A stretch of 64,000 nt of DNA, from contig NC_086097.1 of the NCBI RefSeq assembly GCF_963921235.1, forward strand, positions 23,624,001-23,688,000. The letters run 5' to 3'. Below, one piece after another: positions 24,751-37,430 of the stretch. The first letter of the stretch is position 1. Each line of letters opens with the position of its first letter. The stretch comes from Mobula hypostoma. Its lineage: Eukaryota. The position numbers were made by a program, and so were the translations under genes. Below the pieces are notes generated by a model. The model had not been told where the DNA came from. It did not search any database and was given only the letters and a program-made list of their open reading frames with translations.

Positions 24751-25399
24751 ATGGTACATGTATAATTTAAAAAGAGTACCTCAAGTGTTCTGTTTTCAAT
24801 ATTTTGCAATGAATTTGAGCAAGAAGTCCTTCATAAAAATATTAAAAAGCATAGGAAAAGAGCAAATCTGTTCCAATAAATAACTGGTGTCTGTGATGAG
24901 ATTTCCATTGTTCCACACTTTTAAGGAAGGTTAATTGAAGTGTTAAAACTATAAGACAAAAGTTTCCTTTTTGGCTGTACTTAGGAGATTGTATCCAGAC
25001 TGCTCTTAATTGCGTTGCTATTTAGTAATGGCTTTTGTGAAATCTGTCCTTTAACTCTTGGAGTTCATGTCTTTACCGTTAAGTCTACTGTGCCATCATT
25101 ATAAAGTAAATGTATCTGCCCGAGAGTGGGCTGATTACATTTACTTGGAATGTTTAGATACAGTCTAAGCAGGCTTTTGAAGAGAGAGAAAAAATACTGT
25201 TTTACAAAAATTTAAATAGTAAAGCTAGAACAATAGATGTAATTTTTTATTTCATTAGAATATATTACTTGGTTTAGTTAACAGCGTTAACAAGAATGTA
25301 TGAATGTAAGAAATACATAGAGTAATGGTGAGCTTGGAACATACTCTGCCATTCAGTACCATTATGGCTGATCTTGGTCCAAAGTTATGAAAGTATATT

Positions 25400-25972
25400 A
25401 GACCATAAGACACAGGAGCAGAATTAGACTACTCAGCCCATCGAGTCTACTCCGCCATTCTTTCATAGATGATATATTACCCCTCTCAACCCCATTCTCC
25501 AGACTTCTCCCTGTAACCTTTGATGCCCTTACTAATCAAGAACCTATCAAACTCACTTTAACTATACCCAATAACTTGGCTTCCACAACCATTGGTGGCA
25601 ATGAATTCCACAGAATCATCACCCTCTGACTAAAGAAATTCCTCTTCAGTTCTGTTCTGGAGGGGCATCCATCTATTCTGAGGCTGTGCCCTCTGGTCCT
25701 AGTCTCCTCCACTAAAGGAAACGTCCTCTTTACATGCACTCTATTTCAGACTTTCAACATTCAATAGGCTTCAATGAGGTTCCCCCTCTATCTTCCAAAC
25801 ACCAGCAAGTTGAGGCCCAGAGCCATCAAACACTCATTAACACTTTTATTCTGGGGATCATTCTCCTGAACATCCTCTGAACCCTCTCCAATGTCAACAC
25901 ACCCTTTCTTATATAAGGGGCCCAAATCTGCTCAAAATACTCGGAGCATGATCTGAACAATGACTATAAAGC
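25400..25972 (-). mobile_element. CR1 LINE 3' fragment
   Basis: FPLVEETRTRGHSLRI...RNFFSQRVMILWNSLP (ORF 25536..25739) plus tail. Confidence 0.8.
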
Positions 25973-26519
25973 CCAGGAAGTACTTGTCTGTGACCCAGCT
26001 GCAAACAGGTTTTCTCACTACAAGTCCACGAATCCAGTCCATCAGCTGTCACTTGTCTCAAAATCACTGAAAATGTCTGAAATAATTGTACTAAACCAGT
26101 AACTAGTTTCATTAAAGTACACCAGTTGATTTCTTTGTATGTATATTTAATGTCAAACAGTTCAATAATATGTCGATGAAACATCCCTCCCCACCCCTGC
26201 TCCCAAGAAAAGCAATGCAGTTTAAAGGTCTTTACAAACTAATGCAAATAGTGGAATTTTGTACTGTCAACCCAAGGGAGTTTGTGGATGAAAAACTGCC
26301 TTCGATGAATTGAATTTTAAGTATATAAAATTTGGAGAGAGAATATAAAATTATAAGAGGCATAGATGGTCAGACTCTTTTCCCAGGGCAGAAGTGTAGA
26401 AAGCCTAGAGTTTGGAGAGGAAACATATAAAGGAGATGTGCAATTTTTTACACAGAGATTGGTGAGTACCTGAAACATGCTGTTTGGAGCAATTTAGGCA
26501 GGGAATAGAGGGCCAGGTG

Positions 26520-26880
26520 GTGCAGGAGACTTACGCCCCACACCACCAGGTTCAGGAACAGTTATTACCCCTCAACCATCAGGCTCCTGAAACTGTGTGG
26601 ATGCTTCACCCACCTCAACAATAAACTGAATCCACGTCCTATGGATTCGCCTTCAAGGACTCCATATCTCTTGTTCTCTGCATTTATTTACTTATCCTTT
26701 TTTTTGTATTTTTGCAGAATTTGTCTTCTTTTGCACATTAGCTGTTTGTCAGTCTTTGTGTGCAGTTTTTCATCAATTCTATTGTATTTCTCCATTCTAC
26801 CTTGAATGCCCACAAGAAAATGAATCTCAGGGTAGTATACGGAGGCTTTCATAATAAATTTAATTGAAACTTTGAACACT
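26520..26880 (+). mobile_element. Rex1-type 3' fragment
   Basis: CACACCACCAGGTTCAGGAACAGTTATTACCCCTCAACCATCAGGCTCCTGAA (HTTRFRNSYYPSTIRLL) followed by 3' UTR. Confidence 0.7.
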
Positions 26881-27071
26881 GAGACGTGAACATGCCGACA
26901 TGTTGGGCATTTATCGTCCAGTGCCAACGGCTCTGGGGAATACCGATTCCACAGCCTGTAGGCTCACTTCCAAGGACTCTACAACTCATGTTATCAGAGT
27001 TCTTTATTTCATTTTTTTTGTATTTGCACAATTGGTCTTTTTTTACATATTGGTTATTTATCTGTCTTTAC

Positions 27072-27492
27072 AACATAGAAAATCTACAGCACAATACAGG
27101 CCCTTCGGCCTGCAAAGTTGTGTCGAACATGTCCTTACCTCAGAAATTACTAGGCTTACCCATAGCCCTCTATTTTTCTAAGCTCCATGTACCTATCCAA
27201 AAGTCTCTTAAAATACACTATCATATCCGCCTCCACCACCATTGCCGGCAGCCCATTCCATGCACTCAACACTCTCTGAGTAAAAAATCTTACCCCTGAC
27301 ATCTCCTCTGTACCTACTTCCAAGCACCATAAACCTGTGCCCTCTTGTGGAAGCCATTTCAGCCCTGGGAAAAAGCCTCTGACTATCCACACGATCAATG
27401 CCTCTCATTATCTTATACACCTCTATCAGGTCACCTCTCATCCTCTGTCGCTCCAGATGCTCAAACCTGTTTTCATAAGGCATGCTCCCCAA
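27072..27492 (-). mobile_element. CR1 LINE 3' fragment
   Basis: RMRGDLIEVYKIMRGIDRVDSQRLFPRAEM; FFTQRVLSAWNGLP. Confidence 0.85.
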
Positions 27493-28582
27493 TCCTTTCT
27501 ATAGTTTCCACATCCTTCCTGTAGTTCCTTTGACAATGCATAGTTTCTGTTCTGTTTCTTTACTTTCCTGTAAATGTCTGCAGGAGAATGAATCTCATAC
27601 AAGTATATGCTGACATATATACACTGTAATAACAAATTTACTTTGAGTTGACTTTGTTGTTTGGGTAATTAGGTATTTATTTTCCAACTAACCTGAACAC
27701 AAAATGCAGGTCCATATTTCCTTAAGCACAAAAATTCATTAAAAGATCATGAATAATAAAGTGAGTGGGGAAAAAAAAGCCTTCCATGGGGACATGGTCC
27801 TCCTGATTAAATTTGCCATTTTTTTCCTCTTGGAAACCATTTAAGTAAATGCTATTTAAAACAGCAGTTTAATTGTTGGTCTGCTCATTTGTCAATGAGA
27901 TGACTTGTCTTCTTCCACCTCAGCACCATTCCCCATAGCTTCTGAGGAAGCGCGTGTATCTGTCTGTGTATGTCTCTGCATACATTGATAAATTATCCTT
28001 TCCAGAAATGGTCTCTTGATGCCACGAGACAAGAGCTAAATAGCAGGTACTGGGATAAAGAATTACTTCAACAAAAAAGGGGAAAGAGGTCCTCTCAAGC
28101 TGTGTCCAGCTGATGGGAGTATGATGCCTCTGAACCAAGAAAACAGCTACCCGCTGTTCAGAATGTAAATGTACTTGAGCATCTGTTGTAGGATGACAGC
28201 AAATGCAAATTCCCAGCTGTAGCGAGAACTCAGCCTAAATCTGCTCCATTGTGAGGCCAACAACACTGTTCTAAGAGAGCCTATGGAAAATGCCACCAGT
28301 ACAAAAACATTCATCCCAGCAGCTAGGTGTTTAGATATGGATTCTCCCAAAAATCTTTCTGTATTTTATCTATTTAACATTCAATTCCTCACTTGCAGCT
28401 TATTGATTGTTTCTGGTTAATCTCAGTTTGATTAGGTCACACCTGCTAAAACGTTATTTGAAGAATACTTGTGTGTAATTATGCTTGAACATAAACATCA
28501 GGCATGCTCTCAAAAAATGGAATTTATATCCTTTCATTTAATAATAGGTGTTATTGTTTCAAGTATTTTTCTTCATTGAGAT

Positions 28583-29052
28583 CAGTTATTCTCACACCAC
28601 GAGGATCAGGGACAGTTACCCACACCACCAGGTTCAGGAACAGTTATCGCACACCACCAGGTTCAGGGACAGTTAACGCACACCACCAGGTTCAGGAACA
28701 GTTATTCACACACCACCAGGTTCACAAACAGTTACCCACACCACCAGGTTCAGGAACAGTTATCGCACACCACCAGGTTCAGGGACAGTTAACGCACACC
28801 ACCAGGTTCAGGAACAGTTATCGCACACCACCAGGTTCAGGGACAGTTAACGCACACCACCAGGTTCAGGGACAGTTAACGCACACCACCAGGTTCAGGA
28901 ACAGTTATCGCACACCACCAGGTTCAGGAACAGTTATCGCACACCACCAGGTTCAGGGACAGTTAACGCACACCACCATGTTCAGGAACAGTTATTCTCA
29001 TACCACCGGGTTCAGGAACAACTGTTAACCTACAATTATCAGGCTCCTGAAC
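28583..29052 (+). repeat. Minisatellite, ~15 units of 28-30 bp, derived from a Rex1 ORF end
   Basis: Unit CACACCACCAGGTTCAGG(A/G)ACAGTTA(T/A)CG; the last unit continues into the Rex1 tail ATCAGGCTCCTGAAC; a single-copy relative lies at 26540-26590. Confidence 0.95.
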
Positions 29053-29987
29053 CATATGTTACGCTGAGATTTTTTTTTTGAGAAATAAAGCTAATTTTAT
29101 CTTGCACACTGACATGTAGAGAGAGAGAGAGTCACAGTGAATCCATGAAGAAGGCCCACTCCCAAGTCAAGCTTTGTGGCCTCCACAAATAGTCAGAATG
29201 ACCTATCAGCACAGAGGAAACAATTCAGCCCTTCTAGCCTGTTCTTCCATTCAAAGTGATTCAGGCAGATCAGCATCTTAATACCCTCCCCACTATCTTG
29301 ATTACATATACATAAAGCAGACATATAACATCCAATCCCTGATCCTCATGTCAGTGTTCATGGCTGATCATGTAACCCATCCTACAATCCCATCTTGCTT
29401 TATTCCTTTAGTTCATCCAAAAATCTATCCACTGTGGCCTAAATCTGCTCAGTGATAGTTGTCCAAGGTAGACAGTTCCAAGCTTTGGTGAAAACTCAAC
29501 TAGTAATCGCAAACTAACAACCTCCATACCCAAATTCAAACTACACGTTGACAGTGATGTTTGTTAAATCCAATGATTATTTACAATTTAATAAAAACTT
29601 GTTACTGGAAACAATAGAACCATACTGCTCGTGTCTTCTACAGTGAAGACTAATGGAAAATACTTATTCTGTTCATCTGCCCTGCCCTTCCCTTGTCCCC
29701 CATTACTACTTCTCCACCATCGTTTTCGAGGAGTCCAATATCCACACTCGCCTCTCTTTTACTGACAGCTGTGGAAGCCAAGTCTTTATGTATACTTAAG
29801 GAAGAGATTGATCGACTCTTAATTGGTCAGGGCATGAAGGGATAAGGAGAGAAGGCAGGACATTGGGGCTGAGAGGAAAATTGGATCAGCCATGATGAAA
29901 TGGCAGAGCAGACTCGATGGGCAGATGGCTTAATTCTGCTCCTATATCTTATGGTTTTAAGGTCTAAACAGTTATTAGGAAGATTTA

Positions 29988-30542
29988 CACTCAGTGGCCT
30001 CTTTAGTAGGTATACCTGTACTTCTGTTTGATAATGCAAATAGCTAATCAGTTAATCAAGCATGTAGATATGGTCAAGAGGTTCTGTTGTCCTTCAGACG
30101 AAACATCAGAATGGGGAAGAAATGTGATCTAAGTGATTTTGACTGTGGAATGATTGTTGATGCCAGTCAGGGTGGTTTGAGTATCTCAGAAACTGCTGAC
30201 CTTTTGGGATTTTCACACACAAAAAGCTCTATACATTACAGAGAACGGTGCTACAAACAAAAAAAAATCATCCAGTGAGTGGCAATTCTGTTGGCAAAAC
30301 TGCTTTGTTGATTAAAGAGATCAGAGGAGAACTGCCGGACTGGTTCAAGCTGACAGGAAAGTGACAGTAACTCAGATAACCATGTGTCACAACCGTGGCA
30401 TGCGGAGGAGCACCTCTAAATGCACAACACATTGAATCTTGAAGTGGATGGACTGCAGCAGCAGAAGACCATGAACACACAGAAATAGACTCAGTGGCCA
30501 TTTTATTAGGTAGCTCCTGTTATCAACAGTCACCACTGAGTG
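29988..30542 (+). mobile_element. Tc1/mariner non-autonomous element with transposase N-terminal remnant
   Basis: TA|CACTCAGTGG ... CCACTGAGTG ends; MGKKCDLSDFDCGMIVDASQGGLSISETADLLGFSH is a Tc1-type paired-like HTH; an extra left-end copy sits at ~30489. Confidence 0.8.
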
Positions 30543-30897
30543 TGGATCATCCTTACAAACAACACCAAGCCCATACATAATGCAAATGAAGAAATGCATC
30601 TGCATTGTATCCACTTTACAGGCAGATATTAGAAGTGATAATCTTCTTAGAAGGACTGATAAATATTTGTCTGCATGCAGACCTCAGAAATCAGCCATGA
30701 GGAAATGGTGGAGCAGACTTGATAGGCCAAATGGCCTAATTCATCTCCTATAACTTATGGTCTAATGGAAATACAGGAGGATTTCCCCAAGTGGTCAAAA
30801 TATATGAATGAATTCGCTGTTGAAATTCCCCTCTTCCTTTCACTGTAGCTAACTCTCTACCTTCAGCCTTTCAAGGTCAACGATCCACTAATTCTTA

Positions 30898-31090
30898 AAC
30901 ACAAGAGAATTTGCAGATGCTGGAATTCCAGACCAATTCACACAAGATGTCGGAGGGACTCAGCAGGTAGACAGCATCTATGGAGGGGAATGAGCAGTCA
31001 TTATTTCAGGTTGAGACCATTCTGTTGAAGAGTCTCAACCTGAAATGTTAACTGTTTATTCTTCTCCTAGATGCTGCCTGAGCTGCTGTG
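30898..31090. mobile_element. Fold-back unit of two inverted Penelope-like termini
   Basis: Central ATTTCAGGTTGAGAC...GTCTCAACCTGAAAT is a perfect inverted repeat; arms continue into CAGCATCTA / TAGATGCTG. Confidence 0.75.
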
Positions 31091-31366
31091 TAACTGATTA
31101 CCATTACCATACATCTCCTGGAATGTGGTTGCAAAGCCCATTCTTTTACATGACCCCACGTCACAACCCGTAAATGATGCCAAATCCACTGAAGTGGTTG
31201 ATTCTTAACTGTCCATTAAAATTTCTCAGCAATCCACTCAGATCCTGGGCAGCTGGGAGTAAACACTCAGCTTGGGAACAACACTGAGATTTTGAAAATT
31301 GATGTAATTAAAAATATATAAAAAGAGAAAGATTCCAGTATTGGAGAGAAGGAGAGGGATGCAGGA

Positions 31367-32625
31367 TTTTCGAGGAGGTTATCAGGAAAGTGGTTTTCGA
31401 GGAGGTTACTAGGAAAGTGGATGAAGGGAAGGCAGTGGATGTTGTCTACATGGACTTCAGTAAGGCCTTTGACAAAGTCCCACATGGGAGGTCAGTTAGG
31501 AAGATTCAGTCGCTAGGTATACATGGAGAGATAGTAAATCGGATTAGACATTGGCTCAATGGAAGAAGCCAGAGAGTGATAGTGGAGGATTGCTTCTCTG
31601 AGTGGAGGCCTGTGACTAGTGGTGTGCCACAGGGATCAGTGCTGGGTCCATTGTTCTTTGTCATCTATATCAATGATCTGGATGATAATGTGGTAAATTG
31701 GATCAGCAAATTTGCTGATGATACAAAGATTGGGGGTTAGTAGACAGTGAGGAAGATTTTCAAAGCTTTCAGAGGAATTTGGACCAGTTGGAAAAATGGG
31801 CTGAAAAATGGCAGATGGAGTTTAATACAGGGAAGTGTGAGGTATTACACTTTGGAAGGACAAACCAAGGTAGAATATACAAGGTAAATGGTAGGGCACT
31901 GAGGAGTGCAGTAGAACAGAGGGATCTGAGAATACAGATACAAAATTCCCTAAAAGTGGCGTTATATGTAGATAGGGTCGTAAAGAGAGCTTTTGGTACA
32001 TTGGCCTTTGTAAATCAAAGTATTGAGTATAAGAGTTGAAATGTTATGGTGAGGTTGTATAAGGCATTGGTGAGGCCGAATTTGGAGTATTGTGTACAGT
32101 TTTGGTCACCCAATTACAGGAAGGAGATTAATAAGGTTGACCGAGTGCAGAGAAGGTATACAAGGATGTTGCTGGGACTTGAGAAACTGAGTTACAGAGA
32201 AGGATTGAATAGGTTAGGACATTATTTCCCGGAGCATAGAAGAATGAGGGGAGATTTGATAGAGGTGTATAAAATTATGATGGGTATAGATAAAGTGAAT
32301 GCAAGCAGGCTTTTTCCACTGAGGCAAGGGGAGAAAAAAACCAGAGGACATGGGTTAAGGGTGAGGGGGAAGAGTTTAAAGGGAACATTGGGGGGGCTTC
32401 TTCACACAGAGAGTGGTGGGAGTGTGGAATGAGCTGCCAAATGAAGTGGTAAATGCGGGCTCACTTTTAAAATTTAAGAAAAACTTGGATAGGTACATGG
32501 ATGAGAGGTGTATGGAGGGATATGGTCCAGGTGCAGGTCAGTGGGACTAGGCAGAAAAATGGTTCTGCACAGCCACGAAGGGCCAAAAGGCCTGTTTCTG
32601 TGCTGTAATGTTCTATGGTTCTATG
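31367..32625 (+). mobile_element. CR1 LINE, 5'-truncated, RT to 3' tail, a few stops and frameshifts
   Basis: VDVVYMDFSKAFDKVPH, SGVPQGSVLGPLFF, KFADDTKIGG, KWQMEFN, LVRPNLEYCVQFWSP; tail TTCTATGGTTCTATG. Confidence 0.92.
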
Positions 32626-32669
32626 ATTAATAGCAAAGCTCTTTCAATGGGCAGCTCAAACATAATAGA

Positions 32670-33220
32670 GCATGAAACATAGAACAGTACAACACAGTAC
32701 AGGCCCTTTGGCCCACAATGTTTTGCCAACCTTTCAACCAACTCTAAAATCAATCCAAACCTTCACTCCTACATAGCCCTCCATTTTCCTGTCATTCATG
32801 TGCCTATCCAAGGGTTTCTCAAATGCCCCTAATCTATCTGTCTGTACCACCATCTCTGGAAGTGCTTTCAACACATTCATCACTTCCTGTGTAAAAATCC
32901 TCCCTCTGACACCCCCCCCATACTTTCTTCCAACCACCTTATGCTCCCTATGTCCTGGGGAAATGTCTATGCCTACCACTTGATCCATGCCTCTTATCAT
33001 TTTGTTCCCCTCTGGCAAGTCACCTCTCATCCTTCTTTGCTCCAGAGAGAAAAACTCTATCTTGCTCAACATTTCCTTGTAAGACTTTTCCCTAATCCAG
33101 GGAGCATCCTGGTAAATCTCCTCTGCACCCTCTCTAAAGCTTCCACATTCTTCCTATAATGAGGGGATCAGAACTGAACACAAGATTCCAAGTGTGGTCT
33201 TTCCGGAGTTTTATAGAGCT
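32670..33220 (-). mobile_element. CR1 LINE 3' fragment, tail-to-tail with the previous copy
   Basis: FFSLEQRRMRGDL (ORF 32734..33072) and a CR1 tail. Confidence 0.8.
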
Positions 33221-33654
33221 AATGATTTTGGAGATGATAGTTTATATCATTGTTTTGAATACACGTGGAATTGAGAAGAATTTCCAGCACAGGAATCTAC
33301 ATTGTTTCAAACAATGAAGGAATTTTATAAGGTAGGCATAAAGAAATGGTTTCCACATGTAGCGGAGCCATTGGTATGTCCATCAAGGCCATCAATATGT
33401 CACTAATAAGTGAAATAAGCAATAGTTCTATAGTGCTGCAACATTACCTCGTGGGCTTACGGGTAAGCTACATAATGGAAATGTTGCAGAACAAGTTCCC
33501 ACACAGACCTTGAGAATTAAATTAACATCTTGGCAGCTGGGAAATTTAAATTAAAGTAATTAAAAATTAATCTGAAATAAAGAGCAAACATCAGTAACAG
33601 TAACCAGGAGTTTACTGGGTTGTTGTAAAAGTTCACCTGGGGAGGAAATCTGTT

Positions 33655-34697
33655 TATTTATTATTGAAAGATACAGCATGGAACAAGCCCCTCCGGCCTA
33701 GCAAGCAGTGCCATCCAGCAACCCACCAATTTAACACATATCTAATTACAGAACGATTTATAATGACCAGCCTAATTACAAAACAATTAATCTACTAATT
33801 GGTGCATCATTGGACTGCAGGAGGAAACTGGAGCACCTGAAGAAACCCATGTGATCACGGACAAACTCCCTACCGACAGCAGCAGAATCGAACTCCGAAC
33901 TCCGATGCCCGGCACTGTGGTAACGTTGTGCTAGTTGAGACACTACCATTGCCGTTATCGTGTTGGACCTGAACATGACTGAGAACAGACTAGTGTGGTT
34001 AAACTGTGAAATAGTCCAGCCAAGGTATATGAGTCAGGCAATTCAGATTTGGATACGTTTATTTATCACTTGTACCTTGAACACAGTGAAATGATTTTGA
34101 TTGTGTTAACAGCCAACGCAATCTAAGGATGCACTGGAGGCAGCCCGCAAGCATCACCACACGTTCCGGCACCAACATACAGTAGCATGCCCGCAATGCT
34201 TTGCTGAACAACACAGAACACAACAGACAACAAAACACCAACAGCAAGCGAGTCCTGTATACAGACATGTATACAGACCAACAACAGAATCATGGATTTA
34301 CGGACACTGGGCTGTGACTTCCCTAGTGAACTCGCAGAGACCTGCAGTGCCAGGCTTCTGGATTTCCAATCAACCTTAGGGCTTTGATCTTCAATACTTA
34401 TTGATTTGTTGCTTGATTGACTGATTGAGATACAGCGTGGAAGAGGCCACGGTGATTCTTCAAGCTGCGCCGTCCAGCAACCCTCGAATTAACCCTAAAC
34501 TAATCATGGAACAATTTACAATAGCCAGTTAATCTAACAAGTGGTACATCTTTGGACTATGAAAACCAGAGCACCTGGAGGAAACCTACGCAATCACTGG
34601 TAGAACGTACAAACTCCTTACAGACAGTGGTGGGAATTGAACACAGGTCGCTGGAACTGTAAAGCATTTTGCTAGCCACTATGCTTCTGTGCCAGCC
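33655..34697 (-). mobile_element. Cluster of V-SINE and related non-autonomous fragments
   Basis: V-domain complements at ~33820-33890 and ~34560-34630; SINE-type tail shared with 11880-12000 at ~34055-34190. Confidence 0.6.
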
Positions 34698-35827
34698 TAT
34701 CAACCCCAGGACTTACCAATGGCTGTAAATGGGGACCCTGGTAATTAGGGATGGACAATAAACACTGAGAATAAATATAAGTGATTTTTAAAAAAGTAAA
34801 TTTATGTTTTGAAAATATTTGCATGGACAATATTTGAAAAATGTTTGCACAGTAAGCAGTGCATCATTTTCTTTATGCACAATTGACACAATGATAAACA
34901 TTGAGTTGACTTGGATCATTGTTATTAAAAGGTACGGTATTACAAGAATCTCTGGCCGCACTCTTTTGGGGACTTGTCAAAACTCCTGGGTTTGATTCTC
35001 CTTGGATATCAAGTCGCTGAGTGAGGCATGTGGTCCTTTAATTAATTATAGTTGGGCCACAACGCTTACAATATGTGTTCTTCCCACCACTATTAATCAC
35101 AGTGCACACAAAGCCTGCTGATGCCTTTCACCTACAACACACTTTGTCAAAGCTCTCTCACTCTCAGTCAATGGCTGGGGCCTTGCAGTCAGGTCCAAAT
35201 GCCTTGCACTGCACTTGAAGCAAAGCATTTTCTTGTCACTATGTATTCTATTATACCTGAACATAAGATTCCTGATTAGAAGGGCTATTGAAGTTACAGG
35301 GAGAAGGGAAGAGAAGGAAAATAAATCAGCCACGATCATTGGATATGGAGCAAGCTTAAAGAGCCAAATTGCCCTATTCTGCTTCTATATCTTATGGTAC
35401 AGGAGCTCAGGTTCCACAACATCGGTTCAGGAAGAGTTATTCTCCTTCAAACATTATGCTCCTAAACTAATGTGGATAACTTCACTCACCTGAACACTGA
35501 ATTGATTCCACAACCCATGGAATCACTTCAAAAGACTCTAAAGCTCATGTTCTCAGCATTATTTATTTATTTTTTTGTTTGTTTGTTTGTCTGTCTGTTT
35601 ATTTATTATTTTTTTGTTTTTTATTTTTTATTTTTTCTCATCTGAAGTTGGTAAAACCTAAGGTACAGGCATAGCCAAGCACACTCATTTCTCAATTGCT
35701 AGAAACTTTCAAACTATTCTAGTGGTGTTTAGTATTGTGACTTTCTGGAGATTCAGATAAATATTGTTGTGTTGGCCAAATTGTTTAATGCTATTGTGTA
35801 ATGCCTTTGGGACAATGTATACCCTAT

Positions 35828-37430
35828 TCAGTGCTCAGCGAACTGAAAGGTCTTATGGTGGATAACTCACCTGGACTAGAAGGACTACATCCCAGAGTCC
35901 TGAGAAAGATTGCTGAAGAGATAACAGATGCATTGGTCATGAACTTTCAAGAATCACTTGATTCTGGCATGATCCCGGAGGAGTGGAAAATTGTAAATGT
36001 CACTCCACTCTTTAAGAAGGGAGGAAGATAAAAGAGAAGAAATTATAGGCCAGTTAGCCTAACCTTGGTGGTTGAGAGAGTGTTGGAGTCCATTATTAAG
36101 GACAAGGTTTTGGGGTACTTGGAGACGAAAGATAAAACAAGTCGAAGTCAGCATGTGAAAGGAGATCTTGCCTGACAAATCTATTAGAATTTTTCAAGGA
36201 AGTAACAAGCAGGGCGAACAATGGAGAGGGAGAAGATGTCACTTACTAAGATTTTCAAAAGGCATTTGATTAAGTGCCTTACATGAAGCTGCTTCAGATG
36301 GTAAAAGCCTATGGTGTTACAGAAAATATATTGGCATGGATAAAGGGTTGGCCGACAAGAAGGAGGCAGCGAGTGGGAATAAAGGAGATCTTTTCCGGTT
36401 GGCTACCAGTGACTAGTGGTCTTCCTCAGGTCTCAGTATTGGGACCGCTACTTTTCACATCCTTTATCAATGGTTTAGATAGTGGAATTGATGGATTTGT
36501 GGCAAATTTTGTGGCTGATATGAAGACAGGTGGAGGGGTAGGTAGTGCTGAGGAAGCAATGTGATTGCAGCAGGACTTAGACAAACTGGAAGAATGGGGA
36601 AAAAGGTGGCATATGGAATACATTGTTGGGAAATGTATGATAATGCATTTTGGCAAAAGGAACAATAGTGCAGACTATGATCTAAATGGGGAGAAAATTC
36701 AAACATCAGAGGCGCAAAGGGACTTAGGAGTCCTCGTCTAAGACTCCCAGAAGGTTAATTTACAGGTTGAGTCTGTGGAAAAGAAAGCAAATGCAATGTT
36801 GGCATTTATTTCAAGGGGCATAGAATATAAAAACAAGGAAATAATGCTGAAGCTTTATAAGACACTCATCAGGCTATACATAGAGTACTTGTCAACAGTT
36901 TTGGGCCCTTTATCTCAGAAAGGATGTACTGTCTTTGGAGAGAGTCCAAAGGAGATTCACGATGATGATTCTGGGAATGAAGGGGTTAACATATGAGGAT
37001 TGTCAGCTTTGGGCCTGTACTCACTGGAATTCAGAAGAATGTGTGGGGATCTCACTGGAATCTACTGAATGTTGAAAGGACTAGATAAAGTGGATGTGAA
37101 GAGGATGTTCTCTCTGCTGGGTCTATCCAGAACTAGAGGGCACAGCCTCAAAACTGAGGGGTGACCTTTTAGAACAGAAGAAAGGAGAATTTTTTTTTAA
37201 CCAAAGAGTGTTGAATCTGTGGAATGCTCTGCCATAGACAGTGGTGGAGGTGAAATCCATGGATATGTTTAAAGCGGAAGTTGATAGATTCCTGATTGGT
37301 CGGGGCATCAAGGGAGGGCAGGTGTATGGGGTTGAATGGGATCCAGGATCAGCCAGGATGAAATAGCAAAGCAGACTCAATGGGCTGAATGGCCTGATTC
37401 TGCTCCCAAGTCTTGTGGTCTTATGGTCTT
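35828..37430 (+). mobile_element. CR1 LINE, 5'-truncated and decayed
   Basis: SPGLEGLHPRVLR, WKIVNVTPLFKKG, SGLPQVSVLGPLLF, degenerate FVADMK; tail TCTTGTGGTCTTATGGTC. Confidence 0.9.

Noticed and set aside
28006..28046. Possible 41-nt plus-strand exon (KWSLDATRQELNS) with AG/GT borders
   Set aside because: No recognisable protein and no supported partner exon; comparable splice-like signals occur on both strands (near 4637, 20457, 50052, 61665).
28504..29028. 174-aa repetitive ORF
   Set aside because: It is open because the minisatellite happens to lack in-frame stops; the peptide cycles through the three frames of the repeat.
28583..29052. CRISPR-like array of ~29-bp repeats
   Set aside because: The units abut with no unique spacers, no cas genes are present, the context is eukaryotic, and the unit derives from a Rex1 end.
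35556..35640. T-rich (TTTA/TTTG)n tract as a terminator
   Set aside because: It is a simple microsatellite in a Rex1-type 3' UTR, and bacterial terminator logic does not apply here.
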